From an uncultured Acidobacteriota bacterium (GTDB taxonomy: Bacteria > Acidobacteriota > Thermoanaerobaculia > Gp7-AA8), in contig CAWCBB010000016.1 in NCBI GenBank assembly GCA_963793695.1, positions 132,550 through 196,549 of the forward strand: DNA of 64,000 bases, in the 5' to 3' direction. The notes under the pieces were generated by a model. That model was not told the origin of the DNA and ran no database searches. It was given only the letters and a program-made list of their open reading frames with translations. How positions within the stretch are numbered: the stretch's first letter is position 1; every line of letters starts with the position of its first letter. This document shows, piece by piece, positions 45,567 to 56,949 of this stretch. A program made the position numbers and the translations under genes.

Positions 45567-46761
45567 TCAGATCGCGCCGAACTCCTGCGCGACGGCGCGG
45601 ATCGCGTCCACGGCCCGGTCGAGATGTTCGCGCGTGTGCGCCGCGCTGATCTGGCAGCGCAGGCGCGCCTGCCCCTGCGGCACGACGGGAAAGCCGAAGC
45701 CCGAGACGTAGACGCCGCGCTCGAGGAGCTTCGCCGACATCGCGATCGCCTTCGCCGTGTCGCCGATGATGATCGGGACGATCGGGTGGATCCCCTCGCG
45801 GACGTTGAGGCCGAGCTGCCGTCAGACCTTCTGGCGGAAGTACATCGTGTTCTCGCGCAGGCGCCGGACGAACGAGCGGTCTTTCTCGAGAAGGTCGAAC
45901 GCCGCGAGCGACCCCATGACCACCGCGGGCGGGAGCGTGTTCGAGAAGAGGTAGGGGCGCGACTTCTGCCGGAGGTACTCGACGAGGATGCGCGGGGCCG
46001 GTGGTGAATCCGCCGTGCGAGCCGCCGAGGGCCTTGCCGAGCGTGGAGGTGTAGGCGTCGATCGGCCGAAGACGCCGAGCTCCTCCGGCGGTGCCGCGGC
46101 CGGTCTCGCCGAGAACGCCCGTGCCGTGCGACTCGTCGACGACGAGGAACGCGCCGTACTCGCTCGCGATCTCGACCAGCTCGGGAAGGGGCGCGAGCGA
46201 GCCTTCCATCGAGAAGACGCCGTCGGTCATGATCAGCTTGTTGCCGCGACGTCGCGTGTTCTCCTCGAGCAGCCTGCCGCAGGTCCGCCGCGTCGCGGTT
46301 GCTGGTAGCGCAGCTTGCGCGCACTTCGCGAGGCGGATGCCGTCGATGATCGAGGCGTGATTCAGCTCGTCGGAGAAGATCGCGTCCTCTTCGCTGCATG
46401 ACCGCCTGGAAGAGTCCCTCGTTCGCGTTCCAGCAGGAGCCGTAGAGGATCGTGTCCTCGGTGCCGAAGAACGACGGCGATGCGTCGCTTCGAGCTGCTT
46501 GTGGATGTCCTGGGTGCCGCAGATGAAGCGGACGGAGGCGAGGCCGTAGCCGTAGTCGCGCTCGGCCTTTTCGGCCGCCTCGACGACGGCCGGGTGATTG
46601 GCGAGGCCGAGGTAGTTGTTCGAGGTGAGCATGACCACCTCGCCGTGGCCTTTGACGTCGACGACGGCGTCCTGCGGCCCCTGGAGCTGCAGCTCGCGCT
46701 TGAGCGTCCCGGCCTGCTTCATCTGATCGAGCTCGGACTGGAGGGTGGAGAGGAGGGGCAT
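45567..46761 (-). CDS. kbl: 2-amino-3-ketobutyrate CoA ligase (glycine C-acetyltransferase), multiple frame breaks
   Basis: N-terminus ...LTSNNYLGLANHP...GLASVRFICGTQDIHKQLE matches Kbl closely. Later pieces (DELNHASIIDGIRL, DGVFSMEG, DESHGTG, TLGKALGG) are scattered over three frames. The tail ...SAAHTREHLDRAVDAIRAVAQEFGAI ends at 45567. Confidence 0.85.
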
Positions 46762-46777
46762 GGTGGGGTTTCCTTCG

Positions 46778-47269
46778 GATTGGAGATTGCAGATTGCGGA
46801 TTGCAGATTGGGCGAGCGCAGCAGCCGGATTCTATGTCATCCCTCGCTGTGCTTCTAATGAACCGGCCGCCCGCGGGTGGAGTGGAATGAAGGGATGTTA
46901 GTCGCCCCTCGGGGCTCGACCCTGTTTCTCTGGGGGGTTCACCCCCGTATTCTCTGCGCCGCTTCGCGGCGTCGCTCCCGCGAAGCGGCGGGAGACATAG
47001 CGGGGGCGAGCGAAGCGAGCCCCGTAGGCGGCGGATACGAATCCCGAGCCCCGAAGGGGCGACAGACCCAAATCTCATCGCCCCTTCGGGGCTCGACCCT
47101 GTTTCTCCGCCACGGTTCCCGGGGGTTCGCTTCGCTCACCCCCGGCTATTCTCTGGCGCCGCTTCGCGGCGTCGCATTCCTTAGAAGGGTGATCGAGGGA
47201 TTCGAGGGTGAGGCGACGCGCACTGCACGGTCAGCGCACCGCACCTGAGCAATCTGCAATCTGCAATGC
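46778..47269. repeat. composite repeat region bounded by GATTGCA/TGCAATC heptamer arms
   Basis: Left arm GGATTGGAGATTGCAGATTGCGGATTGCAGATTGGG and right arm GAGCAATCTGCAATCTGCAATGC. Inside are a GTCATCCCTCGC-type inverted pair (46846 / about 47190), two direct copies of TCGCCCCTCGGGGCTCGACCCTGTTTCTC...GCCGCTTCGCGGCGTCGC (46902 and 47078), and several hairpins. Confidence 0.8.
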
Positions 47270-47284
47270 TGTCGCGCGGGCGGT

Positions 47285-49789
47285 TCACTCCACCCGGAAC
47301 GACGCGACTTCCGATTCGAACTCCTGGCTGCTGCCCGAGAGGGCGCGCATCGAGGACTCGAAGTCGCGGGAGAGCACCTCATTCCGTTGCGAGATCATCA
47401 GCATGGTCTGGGACGCCTCGGCGATTTTCGCCATGTCGCTGAGCTGCGCTTCGAGGAGATCGCGGATCCGGCGGACGTCGGCGGCGATCTGCTCCATCGC
47501 GACCGTGATTCCACGCCCGGCCGTGCGACTGTTCGTCCGTGGAGTTCCTGACCTGCAGCGCGATCTCCCGGACCCGCTCGGACTCCTCGGCCAGCAGCTT
47601 CGTCCCCCGCGCCTGCTCCTGGGTCGCGCGGTTGATCTCCGCGACGTGGTCGGACATTCGCGAGGTGACCTCGTGGAGGTGCCGCGTCGCGGACGCCTGC
47701 TCCTCGAGCGCGGCGGAGATCCGGTTCGCCATCTCGTAGGAGTCGTTCGCGCGCGCCAGGATCTTCTCGAGCGAGCTCGAGGCGTTCTGCGCGAGCTGGA
47801 CGTTGTCCTCCACCTGCGCGACGCCTTCCTTCATCGATCGCACCGCCGCGCGCGAGCCGCTCTGCACGGCTTTGATGATCGCGCCGATCTCCTTGGTCGA
47901 GCCGCGCGTCCGGTCCGCGAGCTCCCGGATCTCTCCGGCGACGACGCTGAAGCCGGCTCCGTGCTCTCCGGCCTGCGCCGCGATGATCGCCGCGTTCAGC
48001 GACAGCAGGTTCGTCCGTTCCGTGATGTCCTCGATCACGTTGACGATCTGGCTGATCTGGCCGACGCGGCTCTGAAGCTCGTCGAGGACCTCGGCCGTCT
48101 TCCGCGTCGAGTCCTGCGTTTTCCGGATCCCGTCGACCGTCGCGGTGACGGCCGTGCCTCCGGTCTCGGCATTCTCGCGGACCTGCCGGGAGATCTCGGC
48201 GGTCGCCTGTGCGCGCTTTCTCAGTTCCTCGATCGTGCTGTCCATCTCGGTGACGAAGGAGACGACTTCTTCCGCGATGTCGATGAGGAAGCTCGTCCTC
48301 CCGGACATCTCGCGGGCCGAGGCATCCATCTGGGTCGTCGAAGAGGAGGTCTTCTCGACGGACTGGAACAGGTAGTCCATGCTGCGGGCGACTTCTTCGG
48401 ACGAGGCCTGCATCTCGAGCGAGCGGCTCGAAGCGTCCTCGGTCCGGTTCGCGACTCCCTCGGCGGCTTTGAGAACTTCCTCGGCTCCCTCGCGCGCGCT
48501 CCCCAGCGAGATCGAGGAGTTCTCGGTGAGCTCCGCCTGCTCCTGCGAGCGGCGAAGGAGCTCGCTCGAGCCGCCCGTGATGCCCCGGACGCCGTCCGTC
48601 ATCGTCCTTCCGCCCGACCCGACCCGGGCGATGAGGCGCTGCAGGTTCGCCCGGGTCGAGGCGAATCGCTCGCCCAGGAGCCCGAGCTCGTCGTCGGAGA
48701 AGACGGAAGGAGACACGCGGAAATCCCCGCGCGCCATCGCCTCGGCCGCCGCCGAGAGCCTGTCGAGCGGACGGCGGATGTCCTGGGAGAGAAAATAGAT
48801 GGCGAGAGCGAAGATCACGAGGGTGGCCACCGTGATGACGAGCGCGTAGAGGCCGATCTCGAAGGGGAGCGAACGGTACTGCTCCCAGGGCACGGACACC
48901 GCGATGACCGACCCGTCGGGGAGAGCCTCGAACCGCAGCGCGTGACGGGAGTCGAGGGGGACGCTGTTGCCGCTCCTCCGTTTGAGGATCCAGTCGATCT
49001 CCCGCGCCGAGAGCCCTTCGGCCACCCCGGCCCCGGCCGACTTCGCGGTCCCGTCGGAGTGATGTGGTAGATCTCGAACTCGCCTTCGACGTAACTGCCG
49101 AGCTCGCGCAGCTGGTCATCGGAGGCCCCGCCGGTGCGGGCGAGCGCGAGGACCCCGTTGAAGGTCTCCTCCGCACCCGCCAGCGCGAGCTCCTCGACCG
49201 CCCTGGAAACTTTCGAGGAGACCAGGAGGACCAGCGCCACCGCGGACACGAGGAAAAAGCCGATGAAGACGACGCCGATCTTCCGGCCGATCGGCATGCG
49301 GCGGCCGACCCATCGCGTCTCTCCGGTCGTGGCGACCTTCTCGAGCAGCCGTTTCCCGGCGGCGTAGCTCCAGCAGATCGACGGGACGGCCGACCCGAGC
49401 GCGGCCACGAGGAAGTACGCGAACCCGAGGGGCGAACGGTGAAAAAGGAGTGCGCCTCCGACCGTGATGAGCGCGACTCCCGCGCTCCATCCCGCGAGGC
49501 TTCCGTCGACCGTGCGACGGAGGCACAGCGAGATCGCCTCGGAGCCCGTGTCGCCTCCCTCGATGCGCGCGAGCGACGCGCGCAGGGACGAGAAGAAGAT
49601 CAGCTCACCGATCGCGCCGACGGCCACGAAGAACCCCACGATCGAGAGCCATTCCGCGGCCGTTCGGGAATGGAGGACCTGGGAGAGGAAAATGAGGCAG
49701 ACGGGAAGGGTGATGAGGGGAGGAGGTACGATCAGCCAGAGAAGGTATCGTCTCGAGAAATTCAATCGACTCTCCGACCTTCCGCACAC
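47285..49789 (-). CDS. methyl-accepting chemotaxis protein with multi-TM N-terminal module, 2 frame breaks (near 49055 and 47520)
   Basis: ORF 48815..49789 has 5 TM segments. ORF 47379..49025 has a sensor region, a TM segment, a HAMP domain ([19 protein letters not shown]) and the signalling hairpin [42 protein letters not shown] 47285..47497 is the C-terminus. The GTG start is uncertain. Confidence 0.85.
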
Positions 49790-49798
49790 GGAAGCCGG

Positions 49799-51302
49799 CT
49801 ATCGAACGGTAGCAAGCGACGCCTCTTCCTTCTCCGATGTGACGGGGTACCGGCCACTGAAGCAGGCAGTACAGTACTCGTTTCGATTATCAGTGGCCCC
49901 TCCGACCGCGTCAAGCATTCCCTCTTCGGAGAGATAGCCGAGCGAGTCGGCGCCGATGAACTCGCGGATCTCTTCGATCGAGTGCGTCGCCCGCGATCAG
50001 CTCCCGCCGCTTCGGCGTGTCGATCCCGTAGTAGCAGGGGCCCGTGGTCGGCGGCGAGGAGATGCGCATGTGCACTTCGGCCGCGCCCGGCGGCCTTGAG
50101 CATCCGGACGATCTTGCGTCGAGGTGGTCCCGCGGACGATCGAGTCGTCGACGAGGATGAGCCGCTTGCCGGCGACGATCTCCCGGACGGGTTGAGCTTC
50201 ACTTTGACGCCGAAGTGGCGGATCGACTGCTTCGGCTCGATGAACGTGCGGCCGACGTAGTGGTTGCGCACGAGGCCGTACTCGAACGGGATGCCGGAGT
50301 CGCTGCGCGTACCCGAGCGCCGCGAAGACGCCGGAATCGGGAACGGGGACGACGAGTCGGCGTCGACCGGATGCTCGTCGCGCCAGCTTCGCGCCGAACC
50401 GCTTGCGCACCTCGGCCGACGTTCTGGCCGAAGACGACCGAGTCGGGCCGCGCGAAATAGACGTGCTCGAAGACGCAGCGCGCCTCGCGTTCCGTGGAGG
50501 GCTCGCGGAGAACGCGGACGGAGTTCGTCAGGCCGCGACCGTCCTCGATGACGAGAACCTCGCCCGGCTCGATCTCGCGGATCGTCTCCGCCTCGATCAG
50601 GTCGAACGCGCAGGTCTCGGAGGAGACGCACGAGGACGGCGTCGAGCCTGCCGAGGACGAGCGGGCGGAAGCCGTACGGGTCGCGGGCGGCGAAGATCTT
50701 GCCCGGCGCGAGAAAGACGATCGAGTAGGCGCCGCGGACGCGCGAGAGGGCGTCGAGCAGCGCGAGCTCCACGTTCGGCGCCTTCGATCGCGCGACCAGG
50801 TGCACGATGCACCTCGGTGTCGCTCATCGTGTTGAAGATCGCGCCTTCCAGCTCGAGCTCGCGGCGCAGCTCGTCGCCGTTGACGAGGTTTCCGTTGTGC
50901 GCGACCGCGATCGGCCCCTTGTGCGTCGAGGCGACGATCGGCTGCGCGTTGCAGAGGAGCGATCCGCCGGCGGTCGAGTAGCGGACGTGCCCGATCGCCG
51001 TGTCCCCGGGGAGCCGCGCCAGGCGCTCCTGCGTGAAGATGTCGGCGACGTAGCCCATCTCTTTCTCGACGTGGATCTGCGGCGCGCCCGGCCGCGATGA
51101 ATCGCTCGCCCGTCCCGTCGGTACCGCCCGCCCGTCCGATGTTCGCTTCCGAATGGCGGGGATCCGTCGAGATCGAGGCGATGCCCGCGCTCTCCTGCCC
51201 GCGATGCTGCAGCGCGTAGAGGCCGAGATAGACGAGGTTCGCCGCATCCTCGTGATCGAGAATGCCGAAGACGCCGCACTCTTCGTGAAATTTATCGAAC
51301 AT
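49799..51302 (-). CDS. purF: amidophosphoribosyltransferase, many frame breaks as given
   Basis: [14 protein letters not shown] (N-terminal Cys nucleophile context), [20 protein letters not shown] (PRPP motif), and C-terminal [11 protein letters not shown]...ATVR ending at TAG (CTA 49799-49801). Fragments lie in ORFs 50199.., 50597.., 49762.. and 49997... Confidence 0.85.
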
Positions 51303-51312
51303 CGAAGAAGCC

Positions 51313-51564
<252 letters not shown>

Positions 51565-51570
51565 GATCCC

Positions 51571-53865
51571 CTAATGCGGTATCAGCTCCGCGACCTCGCC
51601 CGTTCCCTCGATGATCTGGTCGAGGGTATCGCCGGCGAGGAGCTTGGGGAACGCCTCGCGCCAGATCCTGCCGAGCTCCCGGGTCGTGGAGCGGAGCAGG
51701 ATCGTTCCTTTGCGCGCGACGAGGAAGGCGGCATCGACCGTGGTTCCCACTCGGAACGCGGAGACTCCGGCGAGCTCGGCCGCGGCGAGGATGGAGCTGA
51801 CCTGTTCTTCGGGGGCCGCCACGACCGCCCGCCCCTGGCTCTCGCCGAAGAGGAGCGCGACCGGGTCGATCTCGTCCGCGTGCGCGCCGAGGTCGATCTC
51901 GACGCCGACCCCGTCCATGGCCGATTCGGCGAGCGCGACGGCGAGCCCGCCGTTCGAGAGGTCGTGCGCCATCGAGATCCGCTCGTCCTTCCAGAGCTCG
52001 AGCAGCAGCTCGATGAGGGCGCGCTCGCGCTTCGCAGGTCGACGCGCGGCGGGAGCGGCGAGCGCGTCGGGATGGAACATCTGCTGATACTCGGAGCCGC
52101 CGAGCTCGTCGCGCGTCTCGCCGAGGAGGACGATCGCCTCGACCGGACGCTCGAAGCGGCAGTCCGAGGACGCGCTCCGCGTCCTCGACGATCCCGACCA
52201 TGCCGATCGTCGGCGTCGGGTTCACGGGACGCCCCTCGGTCTCGTTGTAGAACGAGACGTTGCCCGAAACGACCGGCGTGTCGAGCGCGCGGCACGCGTC
52301 GCTGATCCCGCGGATCGCCTCGGCGAACTGCCACATGATCTCGGGCCGCTCGGGGGAGCCGAAGTTGAGGCAATCGGTGATCGCCGCGGGGCGCCGCGCC
52401 GGTGCACGCGACGTTGCGCGCCGCCTCGGCGACCGCCTGCTTGCCTCCCTCGTACGGATCGAGCGCAGCAGTAGACGGGGTTCACGTCGGACGTGATCGC
52501 GAGCGCGCGGCCGCGTGCCCTTGACGCGGACGACCGCGGCGTCGCTCCGTTCCGGCTTCGCGATCGTGTTCGTCCGGACGCGTCGTGTCGTACTGCTCCC
52601 AGATCCAGTGCTTTCGAGCAGAGATTCGGCGAGGCGAGGAGGCGGAAGAGGCGGCCGGTGAGATCGCCGTCGCGCTCGGCGGGCGCGCTCGAGGCGCTCG
52701 CGCGATGAGCCGGCGTGACGCCGGCTCGGCGATCGGCCGCTCGTATACCGGCGCCTCGGTCGAGATCGGGTCGACGGGGATCGCGGCGGCGAGCTCGCCG
52801 TGCCAGAAGAGCCGCACGAGGCCGTCGTCGGTCACTTCGCCGATCACCGCGGCGTCGAGATCCCACTTTCGAAAGATGTCGAGGACCTCCTGCTCGCGCC
52901 CCTTCTTCGCGACGATCAGCATCCGCTCCTGCGATTCCGAGAGCATGATCTCGTAGGGCGTCATGCCGCTCTCGCGCATCGGGACCCGGTCGAGATCGAG
53001 GCGGATGCCCGGTCCCGCCGCGGCCGGCCATCTCGAACGAGGAGGAGGTGAGCCCCGCCGCGCCCATGTCCTGGATGCCGACGATCGCGTCGGTCTCCAT
53101 CAGCTCGAGGCACGCCTCGAGGAGCAGCTTCTCGGTGAACGGGTCGCCGACCTGCACGGTCGGGCGCTTCTGTTCCGACTCCTCGTCGAACTCGGCGGAC
53201 GCCATCGTCGCGCCGTGGATGCCGTCGCGCCCCGTCTTCGAGCCGACGTAGATCACCGGATTGCCGACGCCGGTCGCTTCTCCCTTGAAGATCATCCCCT
53301 CGCGCGCGATCCCGAGAGCGAAGACGTTGACGAGGATGTTGCCGTCGTACGACGCATGGAACGAGGTCTCGCCGCCGATCGTCGGGACGCCGATGCAGTT
53401 GCCGTAGCCGGAGATCCCGCGGACGACGCCGTCGACGAGGTACTTCATGCGCGGCGCGTCGAGCGATCCGAACCGGAGCGAGTCGAGAGACGCGATCGGG
53501 CGCGCGCCCATGGTGAAGATGTCGCGGAGGATCCCGCCGACGCCGGTCGCCGCCCCCTGGTAGGGCTCGATGAACGACGGGTGGTTGTGCGACTCCATCT
53601 TGAATGCGGCGAGCCAGCCGTCGCCGATGTAGATCACGCCGGCGTTCTCGCCCGGCCCCTGCACGACGCGCGGCCCGGAGGTGGGGAACTTCCGCAGGTG
53701 AACGCGGCTCGATTTGTACGAGCAGTGCTCGGACCACATGACCGAGAAGATGCCGAGCTCGAGGTAGTTCGGCTCGCGCCCGAGGATCTGCCGGATCCGG
53801 TCGAACTCGTCGGGCGAAAGGCCGTGCGAGGCGACGAGGGCGGGGGTGATCTGAGGGTCCTGCAT
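51571..53865 (-). CDS. purL: phosphoribosylformylglycinamidine synthase subunit PurL, multiple frame breaks
   Basis: The N-terminal ~285 aa are intact in ORF 52222..53865 ([22 protein letters not shown]). Further pieces lie in ORFs 52482..52979, 51317..52336 and 51571..52080 ([11 protein letters not shown]). Confidence 0.9.
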
Positions 53866-53903
53866 GGCGCGATCGTATCAGTTGATAACGCCGCCTGCGG
53901 CGG

Positions 53904-53995
53904 CAAATGCAGAATGCAAAATGCAAAATGAAAAATACAAAAAGAGAACCCCGGTTTGCCCTTTTTTGACTTTACATTCTGCATTCTGCATTTCT
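53904..53995. repeat. inverted-microsatellite hairpin, ATGCAAA flavour (sister of 14160-14275)
   Basis: CAAATGCAGAATGCAAAATGCAAAATGAAAAATAC ... TTACATTCTGCATTCTGCATTTC. It shares the asymmetric core ends ATGAAAAATACRAAAAG and GACTTTACATT with the 14160 copy. Confidence 0.9.
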
Positions 53996-54005
53996 CTTTT
54001 GAATC

Positions 54006-54743
54006 TCACTCAGCCAACTCCTCCCCCCTCTGTTCCTGGCTCGTTCCCACCAGCAGGTCGGCGATCCGCGTTCTCGCGTCGCGCATCAGCTCGTCCTTCT
54101 GGCGGATCGAGAGGTCCGCGGTCTCGATGGGGTCGCCGATGCGGACGAGCACTTTCCCGGGACGCAGGGAGCTGCGCGTGGCCGGGAGCACGTCCCAGGT
54201 CCCCGCGATCGCGGCCGGGACGATCGGAAGGTCGGACTTGAGCGCGAGCAGGAACGCCCCTCGCTTGAAGGGGCGCATCTGCGGCTCGCGCGAGCGTCCC
54301 TCCTCCGGGAAGATCATGATCGAGTTCCCCTTGGCGATGCGCGTGGTCGCCAGGTCGAACGACGCGACGTTGCGGCTTCGCTTCTTCCGGTCGATCGGGA
54401 TGAAGCCGCTCGCGCGGAGGCCCCAGCCGAAGACCGGGATCTGGAAGAGGCTTCGCTTCGCGAAGAAGCGGAGCGGTTGGGGGATCGCGACGAAGAGGAC
54501 GGGGATGTCGAGAATGCTCGCGTGGTTCGCGACGAGAACGTAGCGGCGGGAGGGGTCGAGCTTCGCGGCGCCCTCGACGATGACCTCGACCCCCGCGGCG
54601 GCGAGGACCGTTCGCGCCCAGATCCGGATGAGCCAGTCGATCAGGCGCGAGCTCGAGCGGAACAGTCCGATCAGTGCGACCAGTAGCGCCGCCACCGCCG
54701 AGACCGGCACTGCGACCAGGATGAGAAAAGCCGTTCGCAACAT
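54006..54743 (-). CDS. plsC: 1-acyl-sn-glycerol-3-phosphate acyltransferase
   Basis: Intact 245-aa ORF with an N-terminal TM segment, NHASILD (HxxxxD), FPEEGRS, and IVPAAI. Confidence 0.85.
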   Translation of the reverse strand: MLRTAFLILVAVPVSAVAALLVALIGLFRSSSRLIDWLIRIWARTVLAAAGVEVIVEGAAKLDPSRRYVLVANHASILDIPVLFVAIPQPLRFFAKRSLFQIPVFGWGLRASGFIPIDRKKRSRNVASFDLATTRIAKGNSIMIFPEEGRSREPQMRPFKRGAFLLALKSDLPIVPAAIAGTWDVLPATRSSLRPGKVLVRIGDPIETADLSIRQKDELMRDARTRIADLLVGTSQEQRGEELAE

Positions 54744-54763
54744 CGGAGGCGGAATTGTAGACC

Positions 54764-54838
54764 GTAGGGGCGCGCTGCGCGCGCCCGGAATCTGATCGCG
54801 GCGAAACGGGAATCCGGGCGCCCGCAGGGCGCCCCTAC
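54764..54838. repeat. REP-like compound palindrome
   Basis: GTAGGGGCGCGC-tgc-GCGCGCCC ... GGGCGCCC-gca-GGGCGCCCCTAC, in the divergent plsC/korA region. Confidence 0.85.
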
Positions 54839-54857
54839 GTTACAATCCCCCCTTCAC

Positions 54858-54886
54858 AGACGTAAGAACGCGAGACGTAAGAACGC
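54858..54886 (+). promoter_or_regulatory. tandem 14-bp direct repeat upstream of korA
   Basis: AGACGTAAGAACGC at 54858-54871 and again at 54873-54886, 1 nt apart, 35 nt upstream of the korA GTG. TACAAT lies at 54841-54846. Confidence 0.35.
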
Positions 54887-54920
54887 CCGTTTCGCGGGCG
54901 CACCCCGGGAGGAGCGAGAG

Positions 54921-56768
54921 GTGTCCGATCAGCCGTCCGCCGCCGTCCTAGAGCGGCCCGAAGTCCCGCCCCGCGAGCCGAAGGTCAACGATCTGACGAT
55001 CCACGTCGCGACCGTCAACGGATCGGGATCGCAGTCCTCGAACAGCGTGCTGATGCGCTCCATCTTTCAGATGGGGATCCCCGTCAGCGGGAAGAACATG
55101 TTTCCCTCGAATATCGCGGGGCTCCCGACGTGGTTCACGATCCGGGCGAACCGCGACGGCTGGATCGCGCGGAAGCGCGAGGTCGACATCCTGGTCGCCA
55201 TGAACCCGGCGACGGCTCGCGACGACGTCGAGGCGCTCGAGGCCGGGATCGATCTGCGTCTACGACGCGCCGCTCAAGTGCGAGACGTTCCGCGCGGACC
55301 TCGGCTTCTACCCCGTTCCGTTCGCGAAGCTCGCCGCGGAAGTCACCGACGACTCGCGCCTCAAGAAGCTCCTCGCGAACATGATCTACGTCGGGATCGT
55401 CGCGGACCTGATCGGGATCGAGCGGGAAGAGATCGTCGCCGCGGTCGGGAAGCAGTTCAAGGGAAAGCAGAAAGCGATCGACCTCAACGTCAGGGCGGTC
55501 GACAAGGGGCTCGAGTACGCGAAGGCGAACTTCGCAGCGCCAGTCGCGCTGGCGCGTCGAGCGGATGGACGCCACGCGCGGCAAGATCATCATCGACGGG
55601 AACGCCGCCGCCGCGATCGGCGCCATGTTCGGCGGCGTCACCGTCGTGACGTGGTATCCGATCACCCCGTCGTCTTCGCTCTGCGAGAGCCTGATCGACT
55701 ACATGAAGCGGTTCCGCGGTCCGCGACGGCAAGGCGACGTTCGCCATCGTGCAGGCCGAGGACGAGCTCGCCGCCGTCGGGATGGTCCTCGGCGCCGGAT
55801 GGGCGGGAGCGCGCTCCATGACGGCGACCTCCGGCCCCGGCATCTCGCTGATGGCGGAGTTCGCGGGGCTCGGCTACTTCGCCGAGATCCCGGGCGTGAT
55901 CTGGGACATCCAGCGGGTGGGCCCCTCGACCGGGCTTCCCACGCGCACCGCCCAGGGAGACGTCCTCTCGGTCGCTCTGCTCTCGCACGGCGACACGCAG
56001 CACATCGCGCTGATCCCGGGCTCGGTCGAGGAGTGCTTCGAGTTCGCGATCGACGCTCTCGATCTCGCCGAGGCTGTTCCAGACGCCCATCTTCGTCCTC
56101 TCGGATCTCGACCTCGGCATGAACAACTGGATGTCCGATCCGTTCCGCTATCCGGACCGACCGATCCGCCGCGGCAAGGTGCTGACGAAGGAGCGAGCTC
56201 GAGGAGCTCGGCGGGAAGTGGGGGCGCTACGACGACGTCGACGGCGACGGGATTCCGTGGCGCACGCTTCCGGGGACCGAACATCCGATGGCGTCGTACT
56301 TCACGCGCGGCTCGGGGCACGACGCGCAGGCGCGCTACTCCGAGCGCCCTGAAGACTACAAGGCGACGGTCGACCGCCTCCGGAAGAAGTACGAGACCGC
56401 GCGCGACCAGGTGCCGCCGCCGGTCGTCGACAGGCGCGACGGGGCGAGGATCGCGTTCATCGCCTACGGCACGACGGATTTCTCGGTCGAGGAGTCGCGC
56501 CACCAGCTCCGGAGCGAGCGGGGGATCGAGACGAGCTACATGCGGCTGCGCGCGCTGCCGCTGCACGCGACGAGCTCGCGCGTTCGTCGCGGCGCACGAG
56601 CGCGTCTACGTCGTCGAGCAGAATCGCGACGGCCAGATGGCCGACCTGATCCGGCTCGAAGTCGGCGAGGAACAGGGGCGGATCCGGAAGATCCTCCACT
56701 ACGACGGTCTGCCCTGTCACGCGCGGTACGTGACGGATGCGGTGATCGAGATGGAAGGTGATCGTTGA
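54921..56768 (+). CDS. korA: 2-oxoacid:ferredoxin oxidoreductase alpha subunit (fused gamma-alpha type), multiple frame breaks
   Basis: GTG start after GGGAGGAG. N-terminal gamma-like VATVNGSGSQSSN, then GNAAAAIGAMFGG...TWYPITPSS and SGPGISLM. Fragments lie in ORFs 54921.., 55381.., 55565.., 55749.. and 56288... The stop TGA 56766-56768 lies inside a GTTGATC unit. Confidence 0.8.
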
Positions 56769-56937
56769 TCGTTGATCGTTGGCAGGATGTCATCCCGAGC
56801 GTAGCGAGGGATCTGGCCGGGTGGGCGGTGCGAAACTGCGATTCGTGCACCGCACCCCCACCCGGATTCCTCGCTACGCTCGGAATGACACGTCCGACGG
56901 GCGCCTTCGATCAACGGTCAACGGTCAACGATCAACG
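56759..56937. repeat. inverted-microsatellite hairpin (GTTGATC flavour) carrying a nested GTCATCC palindrome, between korA and korB
   Basis: Arms TGATCGTTGATCGTTGATCGTTGG and CGATCAACGGTCAACGGTCAACGATCAACG. The nested 101-bp element at 56789-56889 reads GTCATCCCGAGCGTAGCGAGGGATCTGG...CCGGATTCCTCGCTACGCTCGGAATGAC. Confidence 0.85.
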
Positions 56938-56949
56938 TGGAGGTAAAAG

